A DNA stretch of 63,322 bases, counting the filler, from Stramenopiles sp. TOSAG23-2 (Eukaryota): NCBI GenBank assembly GCA_900128395.1. It is 29 parts of 29 records of this genome, joined end to end, with 100 filler letters (N's around TTAATTAATTAA, not from the genome) between each part and the next. Parts side by side here need not be neighbours in the genome. Positions count along the whole stretch, not along the records: positions 57,266 to 58,705 come from LT652899.1; positions 58,806 to 60,244 come from LT652900.1; positions 60,345 to 61,783 come from LT652901.1; positions 61,884 to 63,322 come from LT652902.1; 25 more parts are not named here. One strand, 5' to 3'. A program made the position numbers and the translations under genes. This document shows, piece by piece, positions 58,666-63,322 of the stretch (within the stretch, counting starts at the first letter, position 1; each line of letters starts with the position of its first letter). The notes beneath the pieces were generated by a model. It worked only from the letters and a program-made list of their open reading frames with translations. It ran no database searches and had not been told where the DNA came from.

Positions 58666-58806
58666 GATAATACACGTTTAAAAAATGGTATATCTTTTTT
58701 TTCCANNNNNNNNNNNNNNNNNNNNNNNNNNNNNNNNNNNNNNNNNNNNTTAATTAATTAANNNNNNNNNNNNNNNNNNNNNNNNNNNNNNNNNNNNNNN
58801 NNNNNA

Positions 58807-58976
58807 TATTGAATTAGAGCCAGATAGTAAAGATAAACATTTACCAGCATATGCAACTACCGCAGAGAAAAATGAACGGGAAGATATGCGACGTGCAATG
58901 TTTGATGTACAACGATTGGTGAAAAAAATTGAACAGGAAAAACGACGTCGTGGTGGTGGTGATGGTGGGGATTGAT
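58807..58976 (+). CDS. 3' end of an unknown gene
   Basis: IELEPDSKDKHLPAY...KRRRGGGDGGD* open from contig start. Confidence 0.4.
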
Positions 58977-59018
58977 GGAAGTGTCTCACATACATTAACA
59001 TATATAATTTAATTTATA

Positions 59019-59792
59019 TATGATTAAAATCTAAGTTATACGAGTAATATTTTTATGTTTCTCGTGTTAAAGTAATATGCTCAATACTCAATCGCAAGAA
59101 TAATATGTTATCCTACGAACTCCCAAGTATGGATCAGGGCACGATACTCCATTTTAAGTTGTGGAATTTGGATTTATTGCCTGCTATTGTTGCAACCCTA
59201 GCAAACCCGATTTCTTTCGTAGTCTAAGCACTACCAAAACTTTTTAAAAAAAATATATATTTACCCAATATTGCCGAAATAATGAAAATATGGAAAACTT
59301 ATAAAATACATATAAATCCAATAAATTTCACACGATTGAATTTACCTATAAATACTATATATATTGTACTAAAACACTACAAACATAATATTATACATAC
59401 TATTGTATATATTAAGGTATATATTTCCAATATAATAAAGTTTTATTGTTTTACTTTATATTTTTAATATCCAAATACATCAAATATTCGACTAAAATGA
59501 CTATTTTAGTACATTAAATAGCACTAGATGATTTAAATATCCGATTTTGTCAATTTATTTGTGGATTGATAATAATTTACGAATGGCAAAACGTAATATA
59601 TTTTGGGAGTGCAGTGTAAATAATCATTAGTAGGCAGTTACCATTAAACACCTTTAAATGGAGAATCATGCCCTGATCCATACTTGGGAGTTCGTACTAT
59701 AGTAAAGCTCTAATGCACCTCTGCAAACTAATACTCTACAAGCACAAGTAGGTTTCTATCCTTCCAACATGTTCGAACGTTGAACGCGCTGG
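59019..59792 (+). repeat. Dispersed repeat copy interrupted by a MITE
   Basis: 59019-59115 and 59695-59792 rejoin to match 32861-33066. Confidence 0.9.
59116..59694. mobile_element. 579-bp MITE, Tc1/mariner/pogo-type (TA target duplication)
   Basis: 47-bp TIRs (first 26 bp CGAACTCCCAAGTATGGATCAGGGCA perfect, 4 mismatches overall). TA at 59114-59115 and 59695-59696; no transposase ORF; empty site at 32964. Confidence 0.92.
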
Positions 59793-61013
59793 TATTTAAT
59801 TTATATATATATAATAATACGTATATGATATACGAGTAATAATATTATATGATAATATAAATCTAAAATTAAAATCATCTCCGCAATCATATAATTGCTG
59901 GTTACACTGCAACTACATGAAAGTATAATACCACGAACAAATTCAAAAATGTTCGATGCACAGAGATAATTCTACTCTCTCAGTATTTTTAAAATATTTC
60001 AAAAAGAAAATTGTTCCAAATTTCTTTTTCATTTTTATAATAGGTTTGATTTAAAAATACGTCATTGATTCCAGATATATATTATATATATATATATAAA
60101 TGCACATAGACTGATCGTTTATTGCATTGCATTACCCCCACCTTACCATTTAAACAGAATTATTACCGACTAATGGTGTTTTATAACTGTTCACAGATGA
60201 TTTACTTCTTCCATTATTTGTACCACGTAATTCATTCCATTTCTNNNNNNNNNNNNNNNNNNNNNNNNNNNNNNNNNNNNNNNNNNNNTTAATTAATTAA
60301 NNNNNNNNNNNNNNNNNNNNNNNNNNNNNNNNNNNNNNNNNNNNTTTTGGATGATCATGCACTTGTAATCGTTCAATTAATGCATTTAATTGATTGCCAT
60401 TCATGTTTTAATGTGTGATTGTGTTTTTACCTGATTATGAGGTGCAGTTCGTCTGGTTTTCTGTGAAAAATATTTTAAATACTTCGTAATAGTATAATTT
60501 ATATATCGTTGGTTGTGATGTTGTGATGACCAAAAAAAAAAACAGAACCTGGGAAAATGTATATAGTATTTTTTAAACAGTTGTTTTGTGAAATTAATGT
60601 GCGAGAATCAATAATATTGTGGTAAATTTTAAGAGGAGAGAATTAAAAAAAATTTGATATTTTATATATGCATGCATATCAATATTGATAAAATATTAAA
60701 AAAAATATATATTATATTTAATATTTTAAATGTGTGTTTGTTTAAAATTCATTCTCATATGCATATACATATATACATATATCATATATATCGATATATA
60801 TGGTTGCACGATTCATTATTGAAATTATAAGGTGTGTGGCATAGAGGCCGATAATTTTAAGTTTTGCACTTTTGATTTTTTTGTAATTTTTTGTGGGTAA
60901 ATATACCCCCATCACCGATTTTTGTGAATTCATTTTTATATGGTGATGTATGAAGCATCCGGTATATATATATTATCTATAGACGTATAATATGAACGGT
61001 GCAGAAAATTTTA

Positions 61014-61577
61014 TTATTTATGCTTTATATTTTCATCAGATACATTTGCAAGGAATGCACCAGCGAAATTTGCTGCGGTCATGATAAGGAATCCCATCAT
61101 GTTATCAGCAAAGCCACTGAATCCAATTCTGGAGAATACGACTGCTGGATTGTATACACCACCAAATACAGCAACAGAAGCAAATAAGACGAAACCAACA
61201 TGTATAGCATTATTACCTGCACCAGCAGCAGCTGCAAGGAAAAACATAGTTCCAAGCATTTCACGTAAGAATCCAGTTTGGTCGAAGTCGTTTGATGGAG
61301 CTGCACCAGCGGTGAAGCCAAGATGTGGTGCAGCCATGTTTGCTACGCCAGCACCGATAAGTTGGTATGCGAATGTGAACATAAATTCGTCAGCATTTTT
61401 AAATCCATCTTTTGCAAATCTTTGGAAAGCAGCTGCTGGATTCATTTCTGCACCGAACGCCATCAGACATGCAGCTAACCCAAAAGCTCCAGTGAAGTCA
61501 CCACCACACATGCATACGAAACAGAACATCATAGTTCCTACAACTTCATTAACACAGTCATCTTTATCGAAAGGCAT
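61014..61577 (-). CDS. Very short aquaporin/MIP-family channel
   Basis: Two NPA motifs (EMNPAAA, VYNPAVV), twin E-x-x-G-T helices (EVVGT, EMLGT), YQLIGA. Confidence 0.85.
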   Translation of the reverse strand: MPFDKDDCVNEVVGTMMFCFVCMCGGDFTGAFGLAACLMAFGAEMNPAAAFQRFAKDGFKNADEFMFTFAYQLIGAGVANMAAPHLGFTAGAAPSNDFDQTGFLREMLGTMFFLAAAAGAGNNAIHVGFVLFASVAVFGGVYNPAVVFSRIGFSGFADNMMGFLIMTAANFAGAFLANVSDENIKHK

Positions 61578-61745
61578 CTATTATATGGTATAGTATATAT
61601 ATATTTGAGGACATTGTATTCGTGCGTAGTTAAATTTATGGTTAGCTTTAAAAAATGTTGATGGTAAGGTAAATGGTATATTATAAATAGTAATAGTAGT
61701 GTGCTATTGCTTTTCAACAATCGATTTCTATATATATTTACTTAC
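61578..61745 (-). other. Probable 5'-UTR intron ending immediately before the aquaporin ATG
   Basis: Donor GTAAGT at 61745, acceptor TAATAG|ATG at 61578. Confidence 0.55.
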
Positions 61746-61883
61746 ATTTGCTTGTTTGTTTTTGTTGTTTTGTTTTGAATTTGNNNNNNNNNNNNNNNNN
61801 NNNNNNNNNNNNNNNNNNNNNNNNNNNTTAATTAATTAANNNNNNNNNNNNNNNNNNNNNNNNNNNNNNNNNNNNNNNNNNNN

Positions 61884-63322
61884 TTGTTTCACATGCATTT
61901 TTGTGTTGGTGATACTAGCAATATTCAATCTCTTTGATAGACTGGGGTAAATTTTATGTAACCGCTTTTTACCTCGATACTTTTCGATAGCTGCTTTTGA
62001 CTTTTCTTCTAAACTTTCTTTAGCAAGCTGTAATGCATCTTTTACGTCCTCCTTCGATAACCATTTTGTCAATATATATTGGTTTTCTATCCATTGTTTC
62101 ATAATTAGGCGTGTAGTCTCTTTCTTTGATAATATTTTAATGACTTTCTCTCTACAAAAAGGAAGAGTCAGAAACAATCCTGTCATTCCAAACAAAATAT
62201 TGCCGACTGTCATGATAATCAATAACCAGTCAAACAAAATTTGCTCATACCCATTTTCTACATCCTCATTATTCAATAGGCGCCTTGAACGGTACAATTC
62301 TAAGCCGAAACCACATATTAGAGAGAGCAACAACCCTAACGATAATGTAATGGATAGAACATTATCCCAATATGCTTTATAAGGGAATTTTATAGAGACA
62401 GTTACTAACCAGAGGACACAAGTTAAAATCCCTAACAGCGATTGTACAATACTATGTTCGCCCACCAAGATCAATCCTCCTGTCAAAATCAATCGACGAA
62501 AGAGATCTACCAAATCAAAATAATAACATTCTTCGGTGTAATTCGCATAAATAGAACCGAATTGCTTCTTGACTAACCGATGGGATTGATGATCTAGAGC
62601 GGATTCCTCATGCAGGTGATGTCTGTTTCGACAGAGCAGCACAAATTGAATCAGAGGAATCCCTAAGACATACAAAAACATACAGAATACGGCAACCCCA
62701 CCATAATTCCACCATTCTGTTGAATAGCATTCCATACTATAATCCGACGTCAAAAAATAGGCATCTTGCACCTTTTGGCATTTGAATAGACGAAAGATTC
62801 GGGTGGAAATACCTGTGTACAATCCAAATGCCAATAGGGTGACAAACGTGAACAGCCGTGTCTTCATGCTTTCCTCTGTAAAACGTGTTTGGCAGCAATA
62901 TTTCTTACGCAAATGAATCAGCGCCCACACTCCCCCTATTAACAGAAGAATCACTGGAAACAGAAGCATATGAAAGACGAATTTCTGCTGGAACGAAGTC
63001 TGCATATGGCAAGATACTTCACCAAACAAGACGTAGATATCCAATGACGTCAATTCTAAGAGAGTCATAAGATAGAGCATTCCCTTTGGAAACGGTAAAT
63101 CAAATACCACCGGTAGATAAGTCATGCATTGACTGTATCCAACTAAAATTTTAAATTTCATTAGAGAGCCACCTATGTCACGTACTATTTCTTCTGTACT
63201 GTCTATATTCTCCTCGTATTCATTTATCTTCTCCCTTAAAGACTCAATGTCTAGCCCTCCACCATTTTCTATATACATTTGTAGTTCTCCCTTGGTGATC
63301 GAACCAGTCCTATCTTTATCTA
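61884..63322 (-). CDS. Multi-pass membrane domain protein, paralog of 29514-30608; partial at both ends
   Basis: KFKILVGYSQ, FDLPFP, YTGISTRIFRLFKC, LTSDYSMECY, FGSIYANY..YYFD. Confidence 0.78.

Noticed and set aside
7659-61883. Regularly spaced TTAATTAATTAA palindromes resembling an array
   Set aside because: Always embedded in N runs of fixed length; an artificial six-frame-stop contig linker. ORFs ending in X...LIN or X...N are artefacts of it.
23268-63322. Functional gene clustering or a ~1.55-kb periodic cassette structure
   Set aside because: These are unrelated contigs ordered by size; neighbours across spacers are not linked.

Overview
This window is not a continuous locus. It is a pseudo-scaffold of 29 contigs (three of about 7.65 kb, then 26 of about 1.44-1.45 kb) joined by an artificial 100-nt spacer (N44-TTAATTAATTAA-N44), so adjacency across spacers means nothing. 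The DNA is from an AT-rich unicellular eukaryote: standard code, sparse GT-AG introns, poly-Asn tracts. A stramenopile-like protist is my inference. Several head-to-head fusions of 5'-truncated genes suggest amplification chimeras. Host genes include a ubiquitin-domain PI4K type II, an ABCC transporter, sphingosine-1-phosphate lyase, CIAO2B, GET1, an MFS transporter, a very short aquaporin, two paralogous multi-TM proteins, and two unusual fusions (PMI-like cupin + PfkB kinase; PhyH dioxygenase + HugZ/DUF2470). The standout is contig 3 (15514-23167), a virus- or plasmid-like replicon segment. It encodes an AEP primase-Zn finger-D5 SF3 helicase with a large coiled-coil insertion. Directly after it lies an origin-like structure of two inverted 3x9-bp repeat arrays. 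The segment also carries two paralogous small basic proteins, a signal-peptide-less minimal RNase T2, a Cys-rich orphan and diverged 115-bp direct repeats. No capsid or polymerase gene is visible, so the element class is unresolved. Other mobile DNA: a decayed Polinton/PLV-type rve integrase, a 579-bp TA-flanked MITE whose empty site is also in the window, and a dispersed repeat of about 200 bp.
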